Of a stretch of DNA of 64,000 bases, positions 24,701-36,324 are shown piece after piece. This DNA is from Nemertoderma westbladi. Taxonomy: Eukaryota > Animalia > Xenacoelomorpha. The stretch covers positions 124,001-188,000 of the forward strand of contig JAUCBJ010006962.1 in the NCBI GenBank assembly GCA_032718475.1, read 5' to 3'. The number at the start of each line of letters is the position of its first letter. Position 1 is the first letter of the stretch. Position numbers and translations under genes: made by a program. The notes beneath the pieces are model-generated. The model had not been told where the DNA came from. It was given only the letters and a program-made list of their open reading frames with translations, and did not search any database.

Positions 24701-26675
24701 GGACATCTTGAAGACGGTGAATCTACCTCATCATGGTGACCACGCCGAAGTTTTAAAGAGCGTAATAAGACGTTTAAACATGCGTTATCGACAGAAATGG
24801 CGCAAATTAGAGAATAAGTTGGAGGGCCAAGGTAAGGTGTTGACACTTCAGCATATTCATGACATGATAGCCACAGACGCAGTAGCAGAGATGAAATCAA
24901 ACTTCTCAGAGGAGAATATGAGGGAGTCTAAACCTGTTACCAGTAAGTCTATGGTAAGTTTTGACGATGACAGGACCACTGTGACATTTAACTCAGTAGA
25001 CAGATATAATTCGAGTACCCCAGCCTATAGATCAGACTCGCGAGTATGGTCAGGTGAATGGTTAGATAGACCTAGGTTAAAGCAACAGGAGTTGCCGGAT
25101 GGATTTGTAGGTTGCCAATTCTGCTTACTAAAGGAGGTAAGATCTGACGACCATAAGTTAGATAGTTGCAGACGGTTCAAAGAATTAAATTCGGAACAGA
25201 GAAGAGTTCAAGTGCGGACGTTGGATACCTGTTGGGCATGTCTTGCGCCAGGTCATGTACGGCGGCAGTGCCCGAACAGCAAGGACGGATGCATGGAATG
25301 TGGCAGACTACATCACAAGTTGCTACATGCGGATTTCCACACCCCAACGGACCGTTACTTACAGCGAAATCCTCAAAGGAAGGGGAGCAAAGAACCCGTA
25401 TCGATAAGGAGAAATACGTATACTGGCATCCAGGACGATGGTTATCAACCAGGTTTGTCGGACGAGGATGGCGAGTCGGGCGCGAGAGAAGTGACCTGCC
25501 AAGGTTTCACCGCGGATAGTTCATCGACCAGCGCGCGGAGGTATTTATCATCGGCCACGTCGGAAATATTTAGCGTGATTCCGGTGAAACTTACTGGAGA
25601 TAAGGGATCGAAGCAAATATATGTGATGTTGGACACTGCGTCCACATTATCTTATATCGACGAGGAAGTGGAGAGAGCTGTTTCTAGCTTCCAGGACGCC
25701 GAGGAGATCCAAATAGAGTTGAAGTCTATGCATGGGGTAGGTGACCTCAAGGGACACAGAATTTCGGTGGAACTAGACTCCCTACTTCCGAGAGACCAAC
25801 ATACTCGACAAGAACGGAAAGCTTTGCCATTGGACGGATTTAAGTGTCTAGCTATGAAGGGATTCGGCAGGCAGTTAGGTAAGGTGCCGCCGATGAGTCC
25901 CATAGCACAGGAGTATTTTGACAAGCTCAGAGTACCGAGACACCAGGTAGGTTATAGGAATGTTTCTATGTTGATTGGTGCAGAACAGCTGATCGCACAC
26001 CAGATATGGGAAACGAGACCAGCTGAGCCGCATGTCAATGGACCACATGCCCATAGGACTATACTAGGTTGGTATACAAGAGTACCCATGTCTTATGAGT
26101 TTACAGGTGGCGACAAGCCAATAGACAGATACGACGAATTACAGCCTATAACTCAACCACCGTTAGTAGAACCACCAGACATAGACGAGTTTAGGAGAAC
26201 CTGTATTGACCACTATAGTGACTTTAGCGAGTCGGACGAGGAGTTGATTCCCGATAATGTTAGGTTGTCGGAACCACTTCACAACGACCGGACAGATAGT
26301 GAACCCGAGGACTGTTATCAGACCCGTGGGTCTGGTTCAGCGGCCCACGCTACTTATCTGAGTAACATTTTGACTTATACCAATATAGTGGAGGGTCAAG
26401 TGGCTAAATATCGAGACCTAGACATTTTCCAATACAGCGAGGAGGAGCTACAGAAGGAATTGATACGCCAGGACCTCGAGACAGGAGCCAGAACCGTCGA
26501 ATGGCTGGATAGGGACGCAATGGAACCCGGTGGATATGACCTAGCCATGTCTACTGATGAGAAACAGTCACTGGAGATGATGGAAGACACCATACGTCTG
26601 CTCCGACTGGACATTTTGAAGTTGGGATGTTGTGGCGTCGACAACCTACTAAGTTGGAGAAAAACTACAGCTTAG
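21796..26675 (+). pseudogene. gag: Gag + protease of element B (premature TGA at 22966-22968, frameshift near 24040-24190)
   Basis: Coiled-coil N-terminus, DUF1759-like core, three BEL-type Cys/His motifs (CQFC..H..C, CWACLAPGHVRRQC, CMECGRLHHKLLH), MLDTAS protease. Confidence 0.9.
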
Positions 26676-29600
26676 CCTTGAAAAGATTAAACGGAGTAAG
26701 GGCTCGGTTGTTGAAGAATCGAGATATTAGGGAGAAGTATTGCGCCCAGATCAACAACTATTTCGCCAAGGGATTTGCTGGGAAGGTAGAGGACCCTGAC
26801 TTAGTGACAGACCAGACTTATTACCTTCCACACCACTATGTGACTCACCCTGACAAGCCTGACAAAGTCCGAGTAGTCAACGACTGCGCAGCAGTCTATA
26901 GAGGTATGTCCCTGAATTCAGAGTTGATGGATGGTCCCAACCTGAACAATTATTTGATTGGAATACTGTTACGTTTTAGACAGCGGCGATTCGCATTTAC
27001 TTGTGACATCGAGGCGATGTTCCACCAGGTAAGAGCCTGTAAGGCAGACCAGGATAGCCTTCGCTTTCTCTGGTATGAGAATGAAGACTTATCCGGCCCA
27101 GTGGTTACATACCAGATGTACGTTAGGATATTTGGCGCCCGCGATAGTCCAAACGGCACGCTGTTTGTTCTAAAGAAAACGGCAACAGCCCAGATTGGTA
27201 AGTATCCAGTAGAGGTTATCGAGTCCATCTTGAGAAACTTCTATATGGACGACGGATTGGTGTCCAAGGACACAGCGGAACAAGCCATAGAAGTGGCTCA
27301 CGGCCTACAAGAGTGCTTGGCTACAGGTGGATTTCCTCTGACCAAGTTCACTACGAACTCGAAGGCCCTATTAGAGTCATTCCCGGTGAAAGATCGCGGG
27401 AGCGGAGACATTGAACTGGGGGTAGAACCCATCCCCATGGCGCGAGTACTGGGACTCGCTTGGAACCTGAACTCAGATAAGTTCCAGGTAAGAGTTAGAT
27501 TTGAGCCCAGTAGCCCAGACAAAGTTTTGACAAAGAGAATTTGCTTATCGACTTTGAGTAGACTATTTGACCCGATGAACTTTATCAGTCCGGTAATATT
27601 ACAGGCACGAGCGTGCATGAGGAAAATTTGGTTGTCCGACATAGAGTGGGACGAACCAATATCTCCTATACATGCAAAGCAGTGGAGGGAGTGGGAAGCC
27701 GAGTTACATCTATTGAAAAATATAGATGTACCCCGTTCCTACTTTCCGAATCAGCTGGTATTCCCAGCTGATCTCGAACTCCACCTATTTAGTGACGCAA
27801 GTGACACCGGCTTTGGTATGGTAGCCTACCTTCGCCGAGAGGTAAGTCAGGACAAGTTTGAGACGGCCTTTGTAACTTCTAGATCAAAGACAATGCCAGT
27901 CAAATACATGACTGTCCCTCGTGCAGAGTTACAGGCGGCTGTAGTTTCAGTCGAGGTAAGTAAGCAGATAACTGAGGAGTTAGATACGACATTGACCTTA
28001 TTCTATTGGACGGACACATCCTTGGTGTTAGTATACATTGCGGCCGACAATATTGCACTAAAGACATTTGTGGCCAATAGATGCGCTCAGATCGTTGACT
28101 TTTCGACGAAGGAACAATGGAGACATTGTCCGGGAGTATTGAACCCGGCCGACATAACTTCGAGAGGTGCAATGCCGGCGGAATTCTGTCAGGAAGAGTC
28201 GCAGGAGTTTTGGTTGCATGGACCTGATTTTCTAACAAGGACACAGGAACATTGGCCAGAGCGACTAAAGATAGTGACCAATCCGATGCCTGAAGATGCA
28301 GAAGTCAAGGTGGAGAAAGTCTCTAAGTCAAAGTCTAAAGCCAAACTTAAGTCATTGGAGCGGCCTGAAGAGTCATTGGAGCGGCCTGAAGAGTTATTGG
28401 AGCGGCCCGGAGACCTGTCAGACCTACAGACTTACGTGACTACTAGGTCAGGAAGGGTAAGTTATGACATAAAACCACCCTTACAGACTAAACCAGAGTC
28501 ACAGTTGGTAAGTGACGGACAGAAAATGACCGACACAATGGAGCCTTTGGTTTCCAAACCTGCGGGTTTGGATTCGAAACTTCCATTAATTAGCGGACAA
28601 CCGTCGCTGGCATTAGAGCCATGTAGTATTTATGACAAATTACTAAATTCGTCTGCCTCTTGGCTGACAATTTGTAAAAGAACTGCGTGGTTAAGCCGAT
28701 ACATTTCGTACCTTTGTTTAAAACATTCGAAACATTTGAGAGAACCATCGAGCACCAATAGTGAGCGAATTCAGAAATTGAAACAACCTCTGACAGAGGA
28801 TGAGATTGATCAAGCGGAATTAAAGCATTTGAAGCACTATCAAATGTGTGCCTTCCCAAAAGAATTCCATCTATTATCGGCTCAACGACCAGTTCTCTAT
28901 AAACCCCTTAGAAAATGGAGTCCATTAATCCATAAGGGTTTAATTTGTCATAGATCGAGAATCCAGACTGTCGACATAAACTCACAGTTTAGGTTCCCAG
29001 TGATAATCCCTAGTCACCCAATAGAATTGCAAAGAGCGATTCTGTGGGATATACACAAGAGGTTGCATCACGCGGGAAAGTTACACTGTTTGTCGGCAGC
29101 GAGACAGCGATTCATTCTATTGCAGCCAAGCAGGGCAGTCGGCACTATGTATGACGCCTGTCTGGTTTGCAAGAGGGTGAACGCCAGAGTATTGGAACAG
29201 GAGATGGCTGAACTCCCGGAAGCGAGAGTGCAGGCATATGACCCACCTTTTACGAACACAGGGGTGGATTGTTTTGGTCCGATTGAAGCAAAGAGTGGAC
29301 GGCTGACCCACAAGCGATGGGGTCTGCTACTGACATGCATGGCTAGTAGAGCCATACACATTGAGCGTGTGGCAGACATGTCGATCAAATCTCTGCTCCT
29401 GGCCTTAAAGAGATTTATGGCCAGGAGAGGACTAGTAAAGGCGTTCTACTCTGACAAGGGTACAAACTTTGTCGGGGGGAACAGCGAGTTAAACGCGGCT
29501 CACAAAGCAGCACAGAATAAAGAAATTTCTGCAGCACTTTTACCGCAAAGAGTAGAGTGGAGATTTAATACTCCAGAAAGTCCTTGGAGAGGAGGAAGTT

Positions 29601-30217
29601 GGGAGCGTTTAGTTCGCTCTGTAAAACAGGCCATTGCTAAGACGTTGCCTGTAAACAAACAACTTACCAACGACGAACTGGTCACAGCTTTCATCGAAAT
29701 CGAGCATACATTAAACTCGAGGCCGATAGCTATGTTACCAGACGGTGTTGCATTAACGCCGAATCATTTGCTAATGCAGAGTCCAGCATTTCTTGTGCCG
29801 GCATCAGAACCCATTAGTGCCGACCTATATAGTCGTAAGAGCTGGAAAATGACACAGTTTATTGCGTACACATTCTGGGAATATTGGCGGGAATACTATC
29901 TTCCCACCATATCCACCAGAACAAAGTGGTACAAAACGGTTCGGAGTCTCCAAAGGGGAGATTACGTACTGATAACCAAGCCGATTGTCAAGAGAAAGTA
30001 TTGGGAGACGGGAGTTATCTTGCATATACACCCAGACGTGCAAAACATAGTGCGCACAGTCACTGTGAAAATTAGGTGCAAGTGTCCGCACCCAAAGAAG
30101 TGTAAAACTAATGGCTTACACACCTTGGACCGACCGGTCCAAGATATCATGTTATTAGAGGAGACACGCATCGAGACGGGAGATTATAATTTGTCTCCTG
30201 CCTCAAAACAGAATTAG
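26627..30217 (+). CDS. pol: Pol of element B: RT, RNase H, integrase (frameshifted from the upstream ORF)
   Basis: YYLPHH, KVRVVNDC, DIEAMFHQV, NFYMDD, LFSDAS, NPADITSRG, HHAG..CLVC, GVDCFGP, SDKGTNF, WERLVRSVK. Confidence 0.95.
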   Translation: MLWRRQPTKLEKNYSLALKRLNGVRARLLKNRDIREKYCAQINNYFAKGFAGKVEDPDLVTDQTYYLPHHYVTHPDKPDKVRVVNDCAAVYRGMSLNSELMDGPNLNNYLIGILLRFRQRRFAFTCDIEAMFHQVRACKADQDSLRFLWYENEDLSGPVVTYQMYVRIFGARDSPNGTLFVLKKTATAQIGKYPVEVIESILRNFYMDDGLVSKDTAEQAIEVAHGLQECLATGGFPLTKFTTNSKALLESFPVKDRGSGDIELGVEPIPMARVLGLAWNLNSDKFQVRVRFEPSSPDKVLTKRICLSTLSRLFDPMNFISPVILQARACMRKIWLSDIEWDEPISPIHAKQWREWEAELHLLKNIDVPRSYFPNQLVFPADLELHLFSDASDTGFGMVAYLRREVSQDKFETAFVTSRSKTMPVKYMTVPRAELQAAVVSVEVSKQITEELDTTLTLFYWTDTSLVLVYIAADNIALKTFVANRCAQIVDFSTKEQWRHCPGVLNPADITSRGAMPAEFCQEESQEFWLHGPDFLTRTQEHWPERLKIVTNPMPEDAEVKVEKVSKSKSKAKLKSLERPEESLERPEELLERPGDLSDLQTYVTTRSGRVSYDIKPPLQTKPESQLVSDGQKMTDTMEPLVSKPAGLDSKLPLISGQPSLALEPCSIYDKLLNSSASWLTICKRTAWLSRYISYLCLKHSKHLREPSSTNSERIQKLKQPLTEDEIDQAELKHLKHYQMCAFPKEFHLLSAQRPVLYKPLRKWSPLIHKGLICHRSRIQTVDINSQFRFPVIIPSHPIELQRAILWDIHKRLHHAGKLHCLSAARQRFILLQPSRAVGTMYDACLVCKRVNARVLEQEMAELPEARVQAYDPPFTNTGVDCFGPIEAKSGRLTHKRWGLLLTCMASRAIHIERVADMSIKSLLLALKRFMARRGLVKAFYSDKGTNFVGGNSELNAAHKAAQNKEISAALLPQRVEWRFNTPESPWRGGSWERLVRSVKQAIAKTLPVNKQLTNDELVTAFIEIEHTLNSRPIAMLPDGVALTPNHLLMQSPAFLVPASEPISADLYSRKSWKMTQFIAYTFWEYWREYYLPTISTRTKWYKTVRSLQRGDYVLITKPIVKRKYWETGVILHIHPDVQNIVRTVTVKIRCKCPHPKKCKTNGLHTLDRPVQDIMLLEETRIETGDYNLSPASKQN

Positions 30218-30981
30218 TGTTAGACGCAACTCACTTCGTATGCATTCCTCGTATGCAAATCCAAGGAAATGCATAGGAGCGGGGTTGTGGTGATTTGCGT
30301 TGAGTTTTGTCTGGTGGGTATCAAAACAAAATTTTATTTTCAAAATTTTTGGAAAATTTTAAATTTTAAAAATTAGAAGCGAACCCAAGACAATTCCAGA
30401 TGCTGTGTATAGACGCGTTTTAGAATTCGTCTATAGAATAAACAGTAATTTGAAAAGTCGTGAAGCCTGGAAAATAGCATTTAGAAACCATGGTGACAGC
30501 TATATTACGTAGGAGTGTAAATTGAGTTTAGCAACTTCCACAGATTGGTGCCAACAGTGCAACTAAGGTGCTAAAGGTTAGTAGCACCAGAGGCGTACGC
30601 GGACCCCACTCAGTAGTTTGCAGTGAAGTGTGATATTCGATTATCAAACCTGTGGGTTTGGTATAGTCGAGTATTGAGACTATGGTCCTTTCTAACTACT
30701 GTAGTTTAGTACGAGTAATGGGAGTAGTTTGGGCATCAAAAAGTGAGTTGGTCACGGCCAGTTTATCTCCAAAGTTTTTGCGCTATGCATGGGAATAGGT
30801 TAGAGGATAGTTAGTTAGGAAGAGACGGGATCTAGAGAGTCGAACCTGAACTGCTGGAAGGCAGCGGGGGGGGGGGTTCGGGAGGTCTGTCTTTCGGCAA
30901 CATCTAACTGATTTACCCACAGTGTAATTGGTTACGTAACGGAACACTTATTGGGATATATATGTATATACGCGGGGCATA

Positions 30982-33900
30982 ATGGAGAAGGATATTAGAG
31001 CGCAACCGCGCAGAGGATTTACTGCTAGAGAGGAGGCGGAGCTACCATTCGCGCGACCAGGATGTAAAGATTCTAATGTTTACTACCATGGGTGGTCGGT
31101 GATGGAGCTAAATGGGAAATACATACCCACTTATGATAAGGAATTACGGAGGGAAAGAATGAGAGCGTTGGGGGACCATATGGAAGTTCTGCGGAAAGAG
31201 TATCGCACTCGGTATCCCTACGACTTCGCTTTAGACGTGTGCGACATCAGCGCAGATCCGGACGAAGAGATCGCGCGGCTGTACCACATGAATATGTATT
31301 TACGACATGAAGAACCTCTACCTGCAGTCCGCGATCAGTTCGACGGAATGCATCTGTACCGGAGGACTCGAGGCGAGGATCAGGAGACGCCGAAAATCTT
31401 CAGCGTGTACAAGTTGTTTTACAAGTGTGGTGAATGCATGAACAAACAAGACGAGCGATTCCCGACCGACTAGACGAGCAACATCCAGAACCGATATTAA
31501 CGCGATGTCCAGCTCACCAGTTCCTTAGATATAACGAGGGAGGTTACCCGATGAGCAACCCGATGATCAGTATCGACTTCAGCGGAAAGCGACCTCCAAG
31601 ACCTATTACGCCGACCGTTACGACATTAGATCCGTATACGGAGATTAAACCCTGTTCGACACCCAGTTTGATAGAGACGGCAGCGGCCATTTCGCTGTAC
31701 CAAGGATCTAGAGGCGCGGCGCGAAGCGGCACGGGACTCGGGTACCAAACCGAGCTCTCGTTTGGAGCTCTCGAGTCCCTGGACTGCGTTTACTTCACCT
31801 CACCGAGCGAGAACCCTCACTCCTGAGCATCAGGACGACATAGACGCGTTGCGGCAGGAGGAGCGAGCGGCGAAGGCGAAAGAGTTATTCGAGAATAGGA
31901 TAGCGGAGTATAATAAGACCGCGGATAGACATCAAGAGGAGACTAGGAGAGTGACCGGATTTGTTCCACAGGTCGTATCTCAACCCCGACCGGTGTATTA
32001 TTCCGATGGCAACGAACCTGCGATATTAGTAGATCATCCAGAGTCGCGAGAAGCGATAAGCTTCTTGCCGATGGTAAGAATGGCGGATCATTGGAACGTT
32101 GACTGTCTACGGGAAGTTTTATACGCGAAGTTCTTGCGTGATGTCCCAATGCAGATCACAGATTATGACACATTGGACAAGATTGGAGCTCCGGGGAAGG
32201 AGAGCAAACTGTTTGGATGGTTGGATAAGTACATCAAAGTATGGGTCGCGGTGGCTACATTCCCAGACGACGAGGAGGTAGACCAGACGTGGCTGAGGAG
32301 AAAGGGTTCTTACACCCGATATGATGACCACAAGGCTATCGAGCGCATGTGGACCCCATCAGACGAGATTCAGCGTCAGTGGAGGAAAACGGAGGAATCA
32401 CTGCAGGATTGGAGGGTGATGTTCTATGACAATGAAGGAGGGTCCCATCAGGAATGTTTGACTAGCAAGTGCATTCAAATTCGTGCAGCCGATGGTGTGA
32501 CTCATGTGTTTATGCGCGTGAGGGCGGATCGAGAGAAACCATCATAACGACACAATATCGGAGGGGGAAGGATCCTAGGGAGCAGATTTTGGAGGTATGC
32601 AGGCGAGGAGGTATGCACGGAGCAGAGCGTATTGACGCCAGGATGCTACCCAAGAAGGTTAGAGAGGCTATTCTCAACCAAGATTACGTCAAGGTGGGAT
32701 CAGGAGTCCAGAGCGATTTGGAGAGTGACTTCAACGCCATGACTGATCTGGAAGATAGATTGCCGAGACCGTTTGTCGACACCAAGCTATTGTTGCTATG
32801 GGCACAGGATATTGGAATTTATAGGGAGTATCCCAACTCTGCCAAGACTGGTATGGGCTTTATAGCACATTTGTTGTATAATTGGGACTTTAAGTTAAAG
32901 ACGCAGAAGAAGTACGAGGAGGCGTATGGTGAATACAACACGCGACTGGGAGCGGAGTTCAAATCCCACTTCAAGCGGCAAGCGTTAGTGTATTGGAACA
33001 TTTGCGCGCCACCCCGTGCGTCGCTACAATATTATTTGGTGCTTGAGTCGAACACGGTGACTTGTTTATTAGCGGATATCGTTGCGTGAGTTTTGAAGCG
33101 TCATCGATTGGTATTCGGAGGAGATCAATACGTTCGCTCGAAAGGGGGAATCCAATCCGACGTGATGAAGCATTTCTTAACCCCGTTCTTCAACCAATCG
33201 TTAGAGAATACGTCGATGGTTAGGAGAGGATTAGCGATATTCGAAGGAGTATATCGACAGAACATCGGAGATTTGGGAGACCGACCGTCGATGGAGTATC
33301 CGACGCCAGAGGCCTTGGAGAAGTGGTTCGGGAATCAAACCCGCGGGTTTGGTACTCCCTTCCACTCGGAGGCTGATAGACCCGTTAAGGAGGGTTGGCC
33401 GGAGACGTTAGTAGAGGTGTTCGGAGTAGATCTTCCGGTGGAGAAGACATATCCGAAACGAACGCGGGAGGAAATATTGGAGATAGAGGACAAGGGCGAG
33501 GATGTTTACTTTGTTCCAGATCGACAACCGCTGACCGGAGAGGACGACATCGTATTAGACATTGGGAAAGAAGGAAGTGCGAAACCGATTGGAGACCTCA
33601 TATACGAGAGGGCCTGGTTTCCTCAAGCGCGGAGGTGTAAGTTGTGCGGCAGCATAAGGCACAATCAAAAATCGTGCAACGCGGTAGTAGAGGCGGCGCA
33701 TAAGGTCTGCCGTTGGTGTAATGAGACCGACCATTCGTTTCACACATGCACCGTCTTCATTTCTTAATGCGGATACTGTGGGGTAAAGGGACATCGCAGC
33801 GCGAGATGTCAGCTGCGAGACGATTCCTTCCAAAACCACAGCGCTAACCTACTTCGAGAGATGCTAGATAAGTGGGAGTGTGTGGCCGACTACCACATCC

Positions 33901-34640
33901 AAGCGCAGATGCGTTGGTTACCATTTAAGGCGGGATACGGGTTTTGGGCAGTAGACCCATCTCACGTTGCGTATGAGCCGTATCTACAGTCTTTGCCACA
34001 ATATCAGGAGCTCATCTTGACCGCTCAAGACCTTCCACAGAACACTGGAGTAATTGTTGTTCGGGAATACTTTAGACAACTAAATATGGATAACAAGTAC
34101 ACTTGGAACTTCGTTGCTATTTGCGATCGAATCACGTAGGGTGTATTTTCGGAAACTAGAAAGGTGGTACGCGCGAGAGGAGATTGGAGGATGGCGGCTA
34201 TACAATACCGCAACGATTTCTTGTTGACTCATGTACCAGTGGGGTCATTGACCGCTGAGAGGATGCAGGAGCAGAGAATCGCAGCGACCACAGCGACAAC
34301 CGCTGGAGCTCAAGGCTCGCGGAAAGAACCAGGAGGAGAGGTCCAAGACAAGCGTCAAGTCAAGGACGACCACTATCACTCCATTATAGAGGCACAGCGA
34401 TTGCAGCGCAAGGCGCAGGGGGCGTCGGAAAAGGCGCGCGTGCAATTGCAGAAAGAAGAGTTGGCGGAAGCGACCGTAGGAGCACGACAATCGGGATGAG
34501 GCCGAGGTAGAAGTACCAGCCTGGAGTCTGTCAGGGCTCAGGGAACATCGTCGCCGGTTCCGGGGAGTGACGCCTCACGGACGCCATCAACAGAGTCGAC
34601 TAGAGGAAGATTGGTACCTAAAGAGGTGAGGTCTCTATAG
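30982..34640 (+). pseudogene. Extra ORF3 of element B, ~1150-1200 codons, unknown protein with three CCHC zinc knuckles
   Basis: ORFs 32469, 33093, 33861 and 34164 share one frame separated by single stops; 30982, 31434 and 31762 join by frameshifts. Knuckles: CKLCGSIRHNQKSC, CRWCNETDHSFHTC, CGYCGVKGHRSARC. Confidence 0.75.
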
Positions 34641-36324
34641 GGGTGCCAGTAACAGGCGGCGGCGGACTCGTGAGGGTCTGGGGGCACGTTAAATCTTCTT
34701 CTAAGTGCAAGGGAGATACTGAAGGCCCTCGTGTCTAGCGAACCATGAATCAACATGGTGCCGTGGTACCGTCTAGTCGGCCTGTTGCCGTACTGCCAGT
34801 CCTGTACACAGTAGGGGTGGTGGCATGGCGTGATTTGTGGTTCATGTGGTGTGAACTGTGATTTGTATGTGGGCGATCAGTGACAGTTTACTTGGAGCTC
34901 GGATGGGTTCCTTTGGCCATCAGCTGTTCCGTTTTTTTGATACTATATGTTATTGTCTCCATGTTCAGCTGATTGGGTTTTGGGATTTGTTTGGGCCTTT
35001 GAGTTTTCTGTTGCTGTGGGTACGTGAGTACACGTGATTGTGTGTATGGCCACTGCGAGTGAGTGTGGGAAACCTTGCCAGTTGGCTCAGTCGCCGCTGG
35101 TATTAGTAGGACCATATTTTACTGCGCCCTAGCATACTTTGCGCACACAAAGTTATTTTGCCCTGACGGCAAAATAAGGTACTCTCGACTCTCATGTTCT
35201 CTCTAGTCGATACAACTAGTCCCTCTCGATTTTGACCCCGATTTTGTCTTTCCCGATTATGACCTCTGTGTGTGCATGGTATGTGTCCAATTTGTGTACT
35301 TGATATTGTGAACATCTGTTGAGTACACGTGTACAGTGACTGGTAAGTGGTTACTTGTTCTTAGCTTTTGAGCAAGACAGTATTGTTTTTTCAATACTGC
35401 CGGCGAGGCAGGTGAAAACGAGTCAAAATTCCATGTTGGGTAGCGCAAGCCCACATGGGACAAGACCGTCGGTTAGGCCCAAGGGCGACCTTGGTGCTCG
35501 ATCGCTATCGACTGGCCCACCTGCCGGTTGACTCTCTGAGTTGGCTCAATGTACAGTCAGGCCACAGTAAGTTGACAGTAGCCGACCATCTGGCTACACG
35601 TTCGACGAGCTGTGCCGGTGTGATCGGGGAATTGAAAATTGAACCCAGGAAGCATCGGACCACCCCCCGGCCCGGTCTGATAATAACATCAGTCGGACTG
35701 GCCCCAGGGGTGGTGGAAACACGTCCGCCTCGTGGGTGCGCCTCAGGGAGGAGCCCAGAAGGACGAAAGCGGTATCTGGGAAGAGGGCGAAAGAGGGTAG
35801 CGAGCCCAAAGAACCCAGGAGCGGGTCAATAATGCATTTATAGCACAGGGCGACAGACTCTAGATATATACATCATCGTCGCTCTGATGTATATTGTAGC
35901 ATTTTAGAAATATCCGATTAGACTCATATACACTAGTTGCGCTGTTTTGAATTTATATTATGAGAGAGGCGAAGGAAGTGATTGGGGAGACAAACCTGCG
36001 GGTTTGGCTTACTCCTTTCACTTACCCTAGCAAAATTTTATATTTGATCTTGTATGTAGTAATCATTATGTAAGAACGAACGAGAAACAATATTTTGTAA
36101 ATTTAATTTGTATGTAATAATCGTTAAACAGTGAGAGAGATAATATTTTGTAAATTTAATTTGTATGCAATTCATTATGCAATATCTATAGCAATATTTT
36201 GTAAATAGTAGGATTTATAGTATCAAGTATTTAGATTATTTGGAAGAAATTTATTTTGTTTGTATACATCACCTATACTCTTCTACAGTTGGAGGGAAAC
36301 ATTGTATGATTTCCCTTGGAGCGG

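Noticed and set aside
34888-35832. Short ORFs in the 3' region of element B as env or antisense genes
   Set aside because: Short, with no recognisable motifs, signal peptide or consistent frame.
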